From NCBI RefSeq assembly GCF_006345805.1, contig NW_021836623.1, positions 1 through 26,056 on the forward strand: a stretch of 26,056 nt of DNA, given 5' to 3'. Position 1 is the first letter of the stretch. Each line of letters opens with the position of its first letter. Positions 1-12,072 of this stretch are shown here, in pieces. The notes below the pieces were generated by a model. The model worked only from the letters and a program-made list of their open reading frames with translations, was not told the DNA's origin and made no database searches. A program made the translations under genes and the position numbers. The stretch is from Octopus sinensis. Its lineage: Eukaryota.

Positions 1-216
1 ATGAATTTTAAATTAACAGAATAAATTGTTAGAATTTGGAGTAGGATTGAAAATTGTTGGATTAGTTAATCCAAGGTTGGTAATTAGATTGTTAGTTTGT
101 AGGTTAAAAGAAATATGTTTAAACTTGAAGAGATTAGTATAGTTGTATGTATATGGATCTTTACTATATCTATGTGGGTAAAGTAGGAAATAACCAATAG
201 GTGGCGTTTGTGTTGA

Positions 217-445
217 GGGCGAGATGGCAGCTTCGTTAGCACGACGGGCGAAATGCTTAGCGATATTTCGTCTGCCGCTGCGTTCTGAGTTCAAATTCCG
301 CCGAGGTCGACTTTGCCTTTCATCCTTTCGGGGTCGATCAATTAAGCACCAGTTACGCACTGGGGTCGATGTAATCGACTTAATACGTTCGTCTGTCCTT
401 GTTTGTCCCCTCTGTGTTTAGCCCCTCGTGGGCAATAAAGAAATA
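217..445 (+). mobile_element. tRNA-derived SINE, family A (full copy)
   Basis: Pol III-like head (TGGCAGCTTCGTTAG ... GAGTTCAAATTCC), core GCCTTTCATCCTTTCGGGGTCGAT and tail ending GGCAATAAAGAAAT; homologous copies at 848, 7045, 15397, 25425 and 25633. Confidence 0.85.
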
Positions 446-492
446 GGTTTTGTTTTGAGGTTGGATTATATGGATAAAACGAATGTTTGTAA

Positions 493-502
493 ACACACAC
501 GT

Positions 503-534
<32 letters not shown>

Positions 535-607
535 CACACAGACACACACAAACACACCACACACACACACCACACACACTTCTCTCTCTCTCTCACACAC
601 ACACACA
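493..607. repeat. (CA)n/(CT)n microsatellite
   Basis: Directly visible dinucleotide runs. Confidence 0.95.
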
Positions 608-847
608 AGGGATTTGGCTGTGTTATTAGCTGTCAGGTCAACGTCTGAAAGTAATTAGCTTAAAAGTAAGGGTTTGTGGATCAGTGAGAGATAAAGAACC
701 TCAAATTGTAGTAATGGCGTATTTTATTCGTTTAAAATCAAATGAATTAAACGAAGCACTTAATTCTAGTTTACAACTATACACATAACATTCGCACACA
801 TATTCCTTAAACACACACAAGCATACACACACACACATACATATGTG

Positions 848-1077
848 TATTTCTTTATTGCCCACAAGGGGCTAAACATAGAGGGGACAAACAAGGACAG
901 ACAAAGGTATTAAGTCAATTACATCGACCCCAGTGCGTAACTGGTACTTTACTTATCGGCCCCGAAGGATGAAAGGCAAAGTCGTCCCCGGCGGAACCCG
1001 AACTCAGAACGCAGCGATAGACGAAATACCGCTTAGCATTTCGCCCGGCGCACTAACGTGTCTGTCAGCTCGCCGCC
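848..1077 (-). mobile_element. tRNA-derived SINE, family A (full copy, inverted relative to 217-445)
   Basis: Reverse complement aligns end to end with 217-445 (GGCGGCGAGCTGACAGA ... GGGCAATAAAGAAAT). Confidence 0.85.
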
Positions 1078-1080
1078 TTT

Positions 1081-1226
1081 ATACATACATACCAACATAC
1101 ACACATATATATACATGTACAAACATACATAAATACATACATACATACATTCATACAAACATACCATACATACATACATACATACATACATACATACATA
1201 CATACATACATACATACATACATACA
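1081..1226. repeat. (CATA)n microsatellite
   Basis: Directly visible tetranucleotide array abutting the LINE 5' truncation point. Confidence 0.95.
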
Positions 1227-2356
1227 TGATCAGATGAAAGGATGAGCCTTTATGATCAGATGACTATACACGGATATGTTAGAAAGCTCCGTGATGATAG
1301 TAACATCGACTATCAAAGCAGTTTATCATGGACCAATAGCCGGGTTACTGCCTTGCACTTTGAAGGGTATGCGTTTGCAATCCAAGAACAGAAAATATCA
1401 ACTAGTACCTGATGCAGAAAAGGGATAGAGATGCAGGAAAAGCCGTAAAATGTGACAACCAATGTAAACTGAAGATATCATTCACATCATAAACAGTCGT
1501 CTAAAAATGTCATCACCGTATTATCTACCGATGAGACATGATGTTGTAGCTAGGACACTCTATAATGAAATCCGTCGGAAGGATAATCCCAGGGACAAAG
1601 AAATAAGAACCCACAATATGGTAGAAGCCATAGCCACTCATAATAAAAAGGAATACTGGTGGAATGTACCTGTGAAAACCTTAATAAAATGTAAGCACAA
1701 CAGACCTGATATAATGATTTCAGACAGAGAAGAGAAACTGTGAACATTTGTGGAAATTAGCTACCCGGTGGATGTTAACATAAAACTGAAGATCAATGAA
1801 AAAGAGAACACCTACGCTGAACTATTGAGAAATCTGCAGTTACTCTATCCAGTTTACAAGTTCAGGTTTATACCTGTAATTATTGGGGCCCTGAGATATG
1901 TAACACACTGCCTAAATACCAGTCTTGAGAAATTAGGCTTCTCAAAACCAGAAAGGAGAAAGCTGCTTAGAAGACTACGGATCCAATCCATTGTTGGAAC
2001 TGTAAAAATCTGTAAAACTTTCCAGAAGTTTATCATTTAAATATATATGAACTTATCTAGATATGCAACTAAATGCATGGGAATACATACACAAAGCAAA
2101 ACATACAAATCTATATACATACATACATACATACATACATACATACATACATACATACATACATACATACATACATACATACATACATACATGCATATAT
2201 ACATACATACATACATACATACATGCATACATGCATATATACAAAGAAAAATGCTCTGTTGTTGATGTTGAAATTCCATCGAATGAGTCTTGGATCTAGG
2301 TTAGAACCTGGCTCTTTCTCTATTGGCTAGAAATCTTGAAATAAAACTGAACCATG
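1227..2356 (+). mobile_element. 5'-truncated, decayed R4/Dong-clade non-LTR retrotransposon (restriction-like endonuclease C-terminus plus probable 3' UTR)
   Basis: Translation across stops and frameshifts gives IHGY...SLSW...HFEGYAFAIQEQ, then RHDVV...WWNVPV...NRPDIMI...VEISYP...PVIIGAL, the RHD / RPD..E RLE motif. Stop at 2040. The 3' UTR appears to run through an internal (CATA)n to AATAAA near 2340, but that end is uncertain. Confidence 0.85.
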
Positions 2357-2403
2357 ACATACGTAAGTATATATAGACATACACAAACATACGTACGCAT
2401 ATA

Positions 2404-2606
2404 TACTCTTTAATCTTTACTCTTTTACTTGTTTCAGTCATTTGACTGCGGCCATGCTGGAGCACCGCCTTTAATCGAGCAAATCGACCCCGGGACTTAT
2501 TCTTTGTAAGCCCAGTACTTATTCTATCGGTCTCTCGAACCGCTGGGTGACGGGGACGCAAACACATCAGCACAGACATCAAGCATCGGGGACAAACACA
2601 GACACA

Positions 2607-2644
<38 letters not shown>

Positions 2645-2849
2645 CACACACAGACACACACACACAAATATATATATACATGTATACGACAGGCTTCTAT
2701 CAGTTTCCGTCTACCAAATCCACTCACAAGGCATTGGTCGGCCCGGGGCTATAGCAGAAGACACTTGCCCAAGATGCCACGCAGTGGGATTGAACCCGGA
2801 ACCATGTGGTTGGTTAGCAAGATACTTACCACACAGCCACTCCTGCGGC
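2404..2849 (-). mobile_element. tRNA-derived SINE, family B (CORE-like, internal microsatellite)
   Basis: Head GGAGTGGCTGTGTGGTAAG...GGGTTCAATCCC, CTTGGGCAAGT CORE-like motif, internal (TA)/(TG) tract and tail AAACAAGTAAAAGAGTA; 7-8 copies in the window. Confidence 0.88.
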
Positions 2850-3172
2850 TATATGTATATATATGTATATATATATAAACAATAGTAAAGCTATAATAAA
2901 ATGCAGCCAGTGATCTAGTTAGGAGAGGAAAAAGTAGATTTTGTTGAAGAGAGTAGGCGTAATTGATAAGAAGTTTCGTAATTATAAGGTTTTCCTCGAA
3001 TTATATGCTCAGGTAATGTATATGGTCTGCCTGATTGGATAGGTAAAAGATTTCAGTCGTGATGAGGTTCAGATACTCGTCGTGAACACGAAGAGATTTG
3101 AGCAAAATGTCTGTTTAGAATTAAAATGTTAGCAAAGGGTACTCAAAATATTCCCGTGTGCAAATTTGAGAT

Positions 3173-3398
3173 ACTCTCTCTTTACTCATTTACCTGTTTC
3201 AGTCATTTGACTGCGGCCATGCTGGAGCACCGCCTTTAGTCGAGCAAATCGACCCCGGGACTTATTCTTTTGTAAGCCCAGTACTTATTCCATCGGTCTC
3301 TTTTACCGAACCGCTAAGTTACGAGGACGTAAACACACCAGCATCGGTTGTCAAGCAATGCTAGGGGGACAAACACAGACCCACAAAAACACATACAA

Positions 3399-3468
<70 letters not shown>

Positions 3469-3632
3469 TACGACAGGCATCTTTCAGTTGCGTCTACCAA
3501 ATCCACTCACAAGGCATTGGTTGGCCCGGGGCTATAAGCAGAAGACACTTGCCCAATGCCACGCAGTGGGACTGAACCCGGAACCATGTGGGTTGGTAAG
3601 CAAGCTACTTACCACACAGCCACTCCTGCGCC
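3173..3632 (-). mobile_element. SINE family B, full copy with target-site duplication TGAGAT
   Basis: Matches the other B copies; TGAGAT at 3167-3172 and 3633-3638 flanks it. Confidence 0.9.
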
Positions 3633-3870
3633 TGAGATGTTTTATATTATAAGAGTAAGACTTCGTAAAGGGATTTATCTTCCAAGTCAAGCCATAGTTT
3701 TGTTCTCTTCTTCCCCGAGGCCCAAGTAAATTGAAGCCGTAGTGTCTTATCTAGTTATCAAAATGAAGAATTATTGACAAAATCTAAATTTGGATGCATT
3801 AGCTATTCTATGGCACAGAGACGTATAATATACTTCATATATTTAATAGGTGTGTGTTTGCGTGCATGTA

Positions 3871-4275
3871 TACTCTTTTACTTGTTTCAGTCATGTGACT
3901 GTGGCCATGCTGGAGCACCGCCTTTAGTCGAGCAAATCGACCCCCAGGACTCATTCTTTGTAAGCCCAGTACTTATTCCATCGGTCTCTTTTGCCGAACG
4001 GCTAAGTTACGAGGACGTAAACACACCAGCATCGGTTGTCAAGCGATGTTGGGGGGGGGGACAAACACAGACACACAAACACACAAACACACAAACACAC
4101 AGACACACATGTATACATATATACGATGGGCTTCTTTCAGTTTGCGTCTACCAAATCCACTCAGAAGGCTTTGGTCGGCCAGAGGCTATAGTAGAAGACA
4201 CTTGCCCAAGGTGCCATGCAGTTGGACTGAACCCGCAACCATGTGGTTCATAAGCAAGCTACTTACCACACAGCC
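3871..4275 (-). mobile_element. SINE family B, slightly 5'-truncated
   Basis: Aligns with the other B copies along its whole length. Confidence 0.88.
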
Positions 4276-4610
4276 ATACATATAGTTACATGATGTTTGT
4301 TTCATCTTCACGGATGATTGTCTTTTCCTTGTATTTCCTCGTAGTCAATGGCATATCTGATTCCCGCCCATGACTTCTCAGATGACTATTCTGTTCCGTT
4401 ACAGATCTGGATGGTTTGAAGAATAGGTGACATACGAAAGTTGTAACATACTACGCGCTTCCAAGTGGTTAAATCTGCACACGTCACTACACACTTCCAT
4501 CACCATAGGACTTTCAGTAGACGGATGTTACTACAAATGAAGTCACTAGAAATAGACATCCGAAAATGAACTTTCTTATCTTCCATTTTAAAGGGTAACA
4601 GAATTAACAC

Positions 4611-5276
4611 AGGTTATAGGAGCATAAGCCTTCTTCCACGAAAAGATAGCTTAAACAGTGCTCTAAAGGGAGGTGTAGTCAAATCCTATTTTATGGACTC
4701 AACCATGTTCTAAAATAAGTCGAAAGGTAAGCTACTTTCCGGACAACCCAATATCTTTATCCATCCGTCCATCCGTCCAAAAGATATGCAGCCCATATGA
4801 CTTTAGGACAGTATTCAAGGGTAATACAACACTTCGCAAATATCTCCTTAAAACGAATTAAAACCAAAATGGGGAGAATGAGAGAATATGACCAAAACGG
4901 TGTACTCCATCCCATGCACAGCTGGTAGGTTATACGAAGGCGAAACATGGCGAAACTTAAATGGAGGTGTAGTCAAATCCTATTTTATGGACTCAACCAT
5001 GTTCTAAAATAAGTCGAAAGCTAAGCTACTTTCCGGCAACCCAATAGTTGTGATGGAAACCAAAGCGAGGACCGTTCAGCTTAGTAGGCTGAAATGGTCA
5101 TATAAAGCTATTTCAGAGGTTATAGGAACATAAAACTTCTTCCATGAAAATATAGCTTAAACTGTGCTCTAAATGGAGGCGTAGTCAAATCCTATTTTAT
5201 GGACTCAACCATGTTCTAAAATAAGTCGAAAGCTAAGCTACTATATATCGGCACGAACTTTCCGGACAACCTAATA
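4611..5276 (+). repeat. Three dispersed direct repeats (about 90-160 bp), each ending in a mariner-type TIR end
   Basis: GGAGGTGTAGTCAAATCCTATTTTATGGACTCAACCATGTTCTAAAATAAGTCGAAAG..AAGCTAC at about 4611-4753, 4958-5046 and 5117-5276. Their ends (TTTCCGGACAACCCAATA) match the mariner TIR at 25292-25320. Confidence 0.8.
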
Positions 5277-5339
5277 CTATCAAAAAAAAAAAATATATAT
5301 ATCAGTAACACCGGTCGTCCATGTTATCGACACATATCT

Positions 5340-5650
5340 AATTCTACTTTGCAGCAAAATATCGCCACTCTTCTTTTTCATGGCATATTGCTTTGTTCTA
5401 AATTTTTCCGTTTTTTATCTTCTCGCACACCTTCCATCTTCTCCCATATACTACTGTTGATAACATATATTGTTAGAACATTTTCCTTTTTAATGATAAG
5501 GGTAATTTCTTTCTCTTTTTTTCGCTTTAAAACATATTACAGTAGCGTCTGAAACAATTTCTTCCTGTCATTATTCTTGCTTTCAACTCTTCTTCTGTAT
5601 CTGACATATTAACTATCTGACCCAAGCATATGTAATTTACTTGTAATTGC
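5340..5650 (-). mobile_element. Decayed RTE-clade LINE fragment (RT C-terminal region)
   Basis: Minus-strand translation YICLGQIV...EELKARIMTGRNCF...LPLSLKRKMF*QYMLSTVVYG resembles the RTE pattern YxYLGQ...EIxRRIxxGWxAF...LPxxLKRKVFNQCILPVMTYG; contains stops. Confidence 0.6.
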
Positions 5651-5730
5651 TTTCTTTACTGTTGCGTTCTTATCTGTTAAGTGTGTGTAATTACTTTATC
5701 TATGGCGGTATTTTCTATCTTTTAAATATT

Positions 5731-6130
5731 TTATTACCTTCGCCTTCGCGATGTTGGAGATATTTTTTTCAGTCATGTTTCTTTGTATGTTTGTCCGTGG
5801 ACAAGATATCTCAAGAACCGTTGGATGGATTCGGATGAAACTTTCAGGGATGTTTGGCCTCGCAACTAACACGAACTGATTAGATTTTGGGATCGATCCG
5901 GCACCGGACAAGGATTCTGGATTATTTTTCCTTTTTTTTTTTTATACTTAATATTTGTGACGAGATATCTCAAGAACCGCTGGATGGATTTGGATGAAAC
6001 TTTCAGGGATGTTTGGCCTCGCAACTAACACGAACTGATTAGATTTTGGGATCGATTCGGCATCGGACAAGGATTCTGGATTATTTTTCCTGTTTTTTTT
6101 TTACTTAATATTTGAGAGTGGTCGGGTTCA
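5731..6130 (+). mobile_element. Helentron-associated non-autonomous element (HINE/DINE-1-like) with internal tandem duplication
   Basis: Start TTATTACCTTCGCC, a short TTTG/TATG tract, then GATATCTCAAGAACC..TGGATGGATT.GGATGAAACTT, as is typical of HINEs. A roughly 155-bp unit is repeated at 5803-5957 and 5962-6113. Confidence 0.6.
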
Positions 6131-7044
6131 TTTTTAGTATTCTCGTTTGTGAGAATTGTTTAGCCAAACGTTGATTCTTATCTAGGACATGTATTTCTCC
6201 AAAGGTTTGTGCGAATCTTTCTAGAACTTTTAGCGACCATATTGAGGTTTTCTCGCTAAAAAGGAACACTTCCAGGCTGTCAGATTGTACTCTACTACAT
6301 GAGAGTCACTGCATGTGAAAATGCAGTGAAGGTGACCGTTGACTCACAGACAAACACTACAAAATTAGCTACCTATCCCAATCTTTAATAAAAAGATCAA
6401 ACTAATTTCGACTTGTTCACACATGGCCAAATTCTTTCTTGAGATTGAAACTGGAAACTGGGCTAACGTTTGAGAGGAGACAACGACGATTGCATCTAAT
6501 ATGTCGACCGAATGTCTACTACATACTGCCATGCACGGTCAAAGGAACAAAACTGCGGTTCCGTTAAAGAAAATCCCACTTAATCTTGCATATACCAACA
6601 CATACGTATCTGTGTATATACGTATGCCTGCACACAACACACACACACACACACTCACACACACGCACACACACACACACACATACACACACACACATAC
6701 ACACACACACACACAATGTTGTAAGGTCAGTTGAATGATCGTGGTAAAGCGCAGTCCGTTGGTCTTTAGCATAAACACGGGCTGTATAGAAAATAGAGTT
6801 GAATCGATAATTGATCAATAAAAATTCTTAATCAGTGCTTCAAATAATGAGATCAGACAGAAAATTCCGATAAGATGACAGATGCTATACGACTCAACTC
6901 CGAAAGCAGCAAGCACTGCTTATGACGTAATTATTATATCAGTAGATAAAAGGGATGGAAGAGGTAGTCGAGTACTACAGCGGTTTCAAAAGTACACCGA
7001 ATGCATGTTACGTAACATTACGAATGTCTTGTAGCCATCGGTGT

Positions 7045-7258
7045 AGAAACGTTAGCACACCGGGCGAAATGCTTAGCGGTATTTCGTCTGCCGTTACGTT
7101 CCGAGTTCAAATTCCGCCGAGGTCGACTTTGCCTTTCATCCTTTCGAGGTCGATAAATAAGTACTAGTTTCGCACTGGGGTCGATGTAATCGACTTAATC
7201 CGTTTGTCTGTGCTTGTTTGTCCCCTCTGGGTTTAGGCCCTTGTGGGTAATAAAGAAA
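7045..7258 (+). mobile_element. SINE family A, slightly 5'-truncated
   Basis: Aligns with 217-445. Confidence 0.85.
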
Positions 7259-7512
7259 CATATATACATACGACTCTTTAGTTGTAAATAATTCGCATTA
7301 TGTAGACGCAAGAAGATGTAGGGCTAGCCGAAAGAATGATAAAATTGAGAGTGAAGAATGAAATCGGTCAAGAACTAATGGTGTGTTCTACTCACTAAAT
7401 ACCCGAGCGAGTTTGGGGTGTGGGTTCATTTCGTATAACATTATGGTAGTGGTTGGAGGAGATTGTAATCTCATTCATGTATACGTAGCATCAGTAATGG
7501 ACAGTCGGCGCC

Positions 7513-7571
7513 CACTACTACTACTACTACTACTACTGTTACTGCTGCTACTACTACTACTACTGCTACTA

Positions 7572-7603
<32 letters not shown>

Positions 7604-7625
7604 ACTGCTGCTACTGCTGCTGCTT

Positions 7626-7663
<38 letters not shown>

Positions 7664-7858
7664 GCTTACTGCTACTATCTACTACTACTACTACTACTAC
7701 TACTGTTACGGCTGACCCTACTAATCTACTGCCTACTACTACTACTACTACTACTGTTACTGCTGCTGCTGCTACTACTGCTACCACTACTACTACTACT
7801 ACTACTACAACAACTACTACTACTACTACTACTACTGTTACTGCTACTACTACTACTA

Positions 7859-7902
<44 letters not shown>
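7513..7902. repeat. (CTA)n/(CTG)n trinucleotide microsatellite
   Basis: Directly visible; source of the poly-Leu/poly-Ser ORFs. Confidence 0.95.
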
Positions 7903-8129
7903 GGATAGATAAATATGAGCAATAAAAACTCATATGGAAAGCAAAAATAGGGAAGAAGGAATGAAAAAGAAAAAGAAAAAGAACAAAGAATAAGGACAAA
8001 GTAAGGTGATGGTAGCAGTTTGCATACATAAATACACTCGTCCATACACACACACATACACACACGCACACACACAAGAAACTACGTAGACGTACGTATA
8101 CGAAGCATATCAGTATACACATATAAATA

Positions 8130-8433
8130 TCACCGTGACCGACCAGATTATCAGATATTGCTACACATCGCTGGTCGCAATGCGCTTCGCATTGTTTTAG
8201 CCTTCAAATGACGCCACCCCGCTGGCTAAGCGAGCAGGCCCACAGAAGAAAGAGTGAGAGAGAGTTGCGGCGAAAGAGTACAGCAGGTATCGCCACCGAC
8301 CCCTGCCGGGGCCTCGTGGAGCTTTTAGGTGTTTTCGCTCAATAAACCCTCACAACGCCCAGTCTGGGAATCGACACTGCGATCCTACGACCGCGAGTCC
8401 GCTGCCCTAACCACTAGGCCATTGCGCCTCCAC
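8130..8433 (-). mobile_element. tRNA-derived SINE, family C (tail type 1)
   Basis: Head GTGGAGGCGCAATGGCCTAGTGGTTAGGGCAGCGGACTCGCGG...CGATTCCC; head and body shared with 13880-14267. Confidence 0.8.
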
Positions 8434-8650
8434 ACATAAGTATATACTCAGACATAGATCGTTAGAAACCGACACCATTGTACGGTATTTAGATAATAAT
8501 GTGATATCAAGTATATTTGTAAACAAAACACAAGCGTACACACACGCAGGGGTATACTGGACGTTAATTGAACGAAATGGCAGACAGGAAATCGTACAAA
8601 ACAAACTGAAATGAGACAGGTGAAAAAAGTGACATATAAAAGTTACAATA

Positions 8651-8843
8651 GCCGTAGGAGTGGCCGCGTGGTAAGTAGCTTGCTTACCAACCACATGGTT
8701 CCGGGTTCAGTCCCACTGCGTGGCGCTCTGGGCAAGTGTCTTCTGCTATAGCCCCGGGCCGACCAATGACTTGTGAGTGGATTTTGGTAGACGGAAACTG
8801 AAAGAAGCCCGTCGTTATATGTATATGTATATATATAATATAT

Positions 8844-8894
<51 letters not shown>

Positions 8895-8898
8895 TGTG

Positions 8899-8935
<37 letters not shown>

Positions 8936-9140
8936 TCCCCCCTAAAATCGCTTGACAACCGATGCTGGTGTGTGTTTACGTCCTCGTTACTTAGCCGTTT
9001 GGCAAAAAGAGACAGATAGAATAAGTACCAGGCTTACAAAGAATAACACTTGGGATCGATTTGCTCGGTCGACTTAAAGGCTGTGCTCCAGCATGGGCCA
9101 CAGTCAAACGACTGAAACAAAGTAAAAGCGTATAAGAGTA
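8651..9140 (+). mobile_element. SINE family B with expanded internal (TA)n(TG)n
   Basis: Aligns with the other B copies. Confidence 0.88.
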
Positions 9141-9453
9141 TATAGTTTTACGCGCATGCGTTTCAAACTCAAAGGTTGGCCAATCCACATACACACACCA
9201 CACACACACACAACACGTGTATGTCAGTACGTGTGAATGACTATATATGGACTGAGGTGGGCGTGGAGTGTTGGTGTAGGTAAGGACGTGCGTTTTCCTA
9301 TATTGGTTTTTGTATGTATAGCTGTATCGGATTAGTTGGTAAAATACGGAACCTAAAAGACAGCATTATTGAACAACCGAACAACCGACACAAAAGATTC
9401 TGTCGGCAGATGTAAATATACTGTGAATGCAGTAAGGATTTTTATCTATGATA

Positions 9454-9829
9454 GGCGCAGGAGTGGCTGTGTGGTAAGTAGCTTGCTTAGCAACCAAATG
9501 GTTCCGGGTTCAGTCCCACTGCGTGGCATCTTGGGAAAGTGTCTTCTACTATAGCCTCGGGCCGACCAAAGCCTTGTGAGTGGATTTGGTAGACGGAAAC
9601 TGAAAGAAGCCAGTCGTATATATGTATATGTATATGTATATGTGTGTGTGATAACTGATGCTGGTGTGTGTTTACGTCCCCGTAACTTAGCGTTTCGGCA
9701 AAAGAGATCGATAGAATAAGTACTAGGCTTACAAAAACTAAGTCTTGGTGTCAATTTGCTCGACTAAAAGGCGGTGCTCCAGCGTGGCCACAGTCAAATG
9801 AATGAAACAAATAAAAGAGTAAAAGAGTA
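9454..9829 (+). mobile_element. SINE family B with small internal deletion after the microsatellite
   Basis: Aligns with the other B copies but lacks the TTGTCCCC...GCTTG segment. Confidence 0.88.
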
Positions 9830-9866
9830 TAATCATCCCTGAACCTAGCGCTTTTTGCAGTCTGTA

Positions 9867-9919
<53 letters not shown>

Positions 9920-9955
9920 TTACTACTACAACTGCTACTGTTACTAGTGTTGCTG

Positions 9956-10001
<46 letters not shown>

Positions 10002-10286
10002 CACTACTACTACTACTAGTCGTAGTAGTGTTAATGGTAGTAGTGGTGATGGTCGTGGTAGTCGTGGAGGATGTGACATTCATGGTGGTGGTGGTGGTGG
10101 TAGTGTTTGTGGTGTTGTTGGTGGTGCTGGTGGTGTTGGTGCTAGTGGTGTTAATGGTGGTGGTAGAAGTAGGGGTGGTGCTGTTAGTAGTAGTAATAGT
10201 AGTATTAATAGTGGTGGTGATGTTGGTGGTACCAATAGTGATGGAATTAGTAGTAGAAGCAGCAGCAGCAGCAGTAGTAGTAGTAT

Positions 10287-10330
<44 letters not shown>

Positions 10331-10352
10331 TAGTAGTAGTATAGTAGTAGTA
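9867..10352. repeat. (TAC)n followed by degenerate (GTA/GTG)n trinucleotide array
   Basis: Directly visible; the strand polarity of the repeat flips at about 10017. Confidence 0.9.
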
Positions 10353-10514
10353 ATGTCTATGCCAAATGAAAGTTAACATTTGGCTTATTTAAAAGACAAA
10401 TACAAAAAAGGTCAATATATCCATTTATCCGTCGATTAAGTTTTTCTTCTCTCTGTCAGTCTGTCTGTCTGTCTGTCACAGTCTCACACTCTGATTTGCC
10501 TTGCGTGCGTAGAA

Positions 10515-10796
10515 AACACATACACACATACGCACACACACGCACACATATCCATATATAAAAGGAAACACACACACACACACACATACATATATATGAT
10601 TATACTCTTGTGTGTGTGTGTTTGTGTGTATGTGTGTGCGTATGTGTGTGCGTATGTATGTATACATATACATCTAATTATATGTATAGAGAGAGGGAGA
10701 GAGAGAGAGAGAGAGAGAGATACGTATGTATATATGTATTATATATCTGTATATAATATATACAGATATATATATATATATGTATGTATATGTATA

Positions 10797-10840
<44 letters not shown>

Positions 10841-10841
10841 C

Positions 10842-10899
<58 letters not shown>

Positions 10900-11050
10900 T
10901 ATATATCATATATATATGTATATATATATATATACGTATATATACATTATATATACGTATATATATAATACGTATAAATGTATATATATATATACATATA
11001 TATGTGTGTGTGTGTGTGTGGTCGTATATCTGTTTGTATGTGTATACACA
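10515..11050. repeat. Compound (CA)n/(TG)n/(GA)n/(TA)n microsatellite block
   Basis: Directly visible. Confidence 0.95.
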
Positions 11051-11563
11051 GAGAATAAGGTGGACAGACGGTGAAAGACAAAGAAACATTGATATGCATA
11101 AGGAAGAAACGTATCGATAAAGATCTTAGGAAAATGTATTGGCTCCTGTTGAGGTCAAGTGATTGTAACTTCTCTCAACGGTGAAGTACCACTAACACTA
11201 ATATTAGTATTAGTATTAATGCTAGTAGTATTGGTAGTAATATACTTTTATTACACATATATGTATGCTCACACATACACACATAAGGATATACAGAGAG
11301 TTACGTATACAGACAGAGAAACACACACACACACACACACACACCACACACACACACCACACGCACAGACATTATTTTAAAGATTAATGGCTTTAATAAA
11401 GAAGCTCTACTTTGGCTAATTACAATAGCTTTTAGTAAAACTCAAAACGGTTTGTATCTGCGAGAACAAATATATACATACACAGACACATACATTTTAT
11501 ATATATATATATCTGTATGTATTTTATGTATGCATGTATATATAATATATATATATATATATA

Positions 11564-11610
<47 letters not shown>

Positions 11611-11631
11611 TATATAATATATATATATATG

Positions 11632-11669
<38 letters not shown>

Positions 11670-11905
11670 GAGTGGATAGACAGGTAGATTGATAGATAGA
11701 TAGGTAGATAGATAAAATAGGAAATAAGAAGATTGCGTAGCGTTACGTCGTAGATATTAAGTTCCAAATTTCCGCAGAAACACAACTAAGGAACAAAACG
11801 GAAATCAACACACGGAACGATATCTGACGAGGAATGGGCAACGTACGTCTTGTATGCGAATTTTCCGTTGTTCCTTTGTTGTGTTTTCTGTTTAAATATT
11901 GGAAT

Positions 11906-11937
<32 letters not shown>

Positions 11938-12029
11938 ATATATATTATATATACATACATTCATGCATTCATACATACATACATACATACATACATACAT
12001 ACATAAATACTTACATACATACTTCATAC

Positions 12030-12072
<43 letters not shown>

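Noticed and set aside
3055-3105. GTGATGAG-GTTCA...TGAAC-ACGAAG hammerhead-like fragment
   Set aside because: Both core boxes are broken and there is no stem I or III.
3774-4253. 159-aa ORF
   Set aside because: Antisense read-through of a family B SINE; the same peptide recurs at other copies.
4290-4550. Possible minus-strand exon in unique sequence
   Set aside because: All frames after the candidate acceptor hit stops and no homology was recognised.
4611-6113. Spaced direct repeats as a CRISPR-like array
   Set aside because: Units are 90-160 bp, irregular and only 2-3 copies, in a eukaryotic context with no cas genes.
7383-7715. Poly-Leu ORF (and poly-Val/Ser/Leu ORFs at 9738-10379)
   Set aside because: Translations of (CTA)n/(GTA)n microsatellites with no coding signal.
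8370-8433. SINE heads as true tRNA genes
   Set aside because: Only A/B-box-like motifs; they continue into SINE bodies and I could not fold a full cloverleaf.
10596-11120. 174-aa YI-rich ORF and similar YI/HT/CV/MYVC ORFs throughout
   Set aside because: Stop-free reading of (TA)n, (CA)n and (CATA)n arrays.
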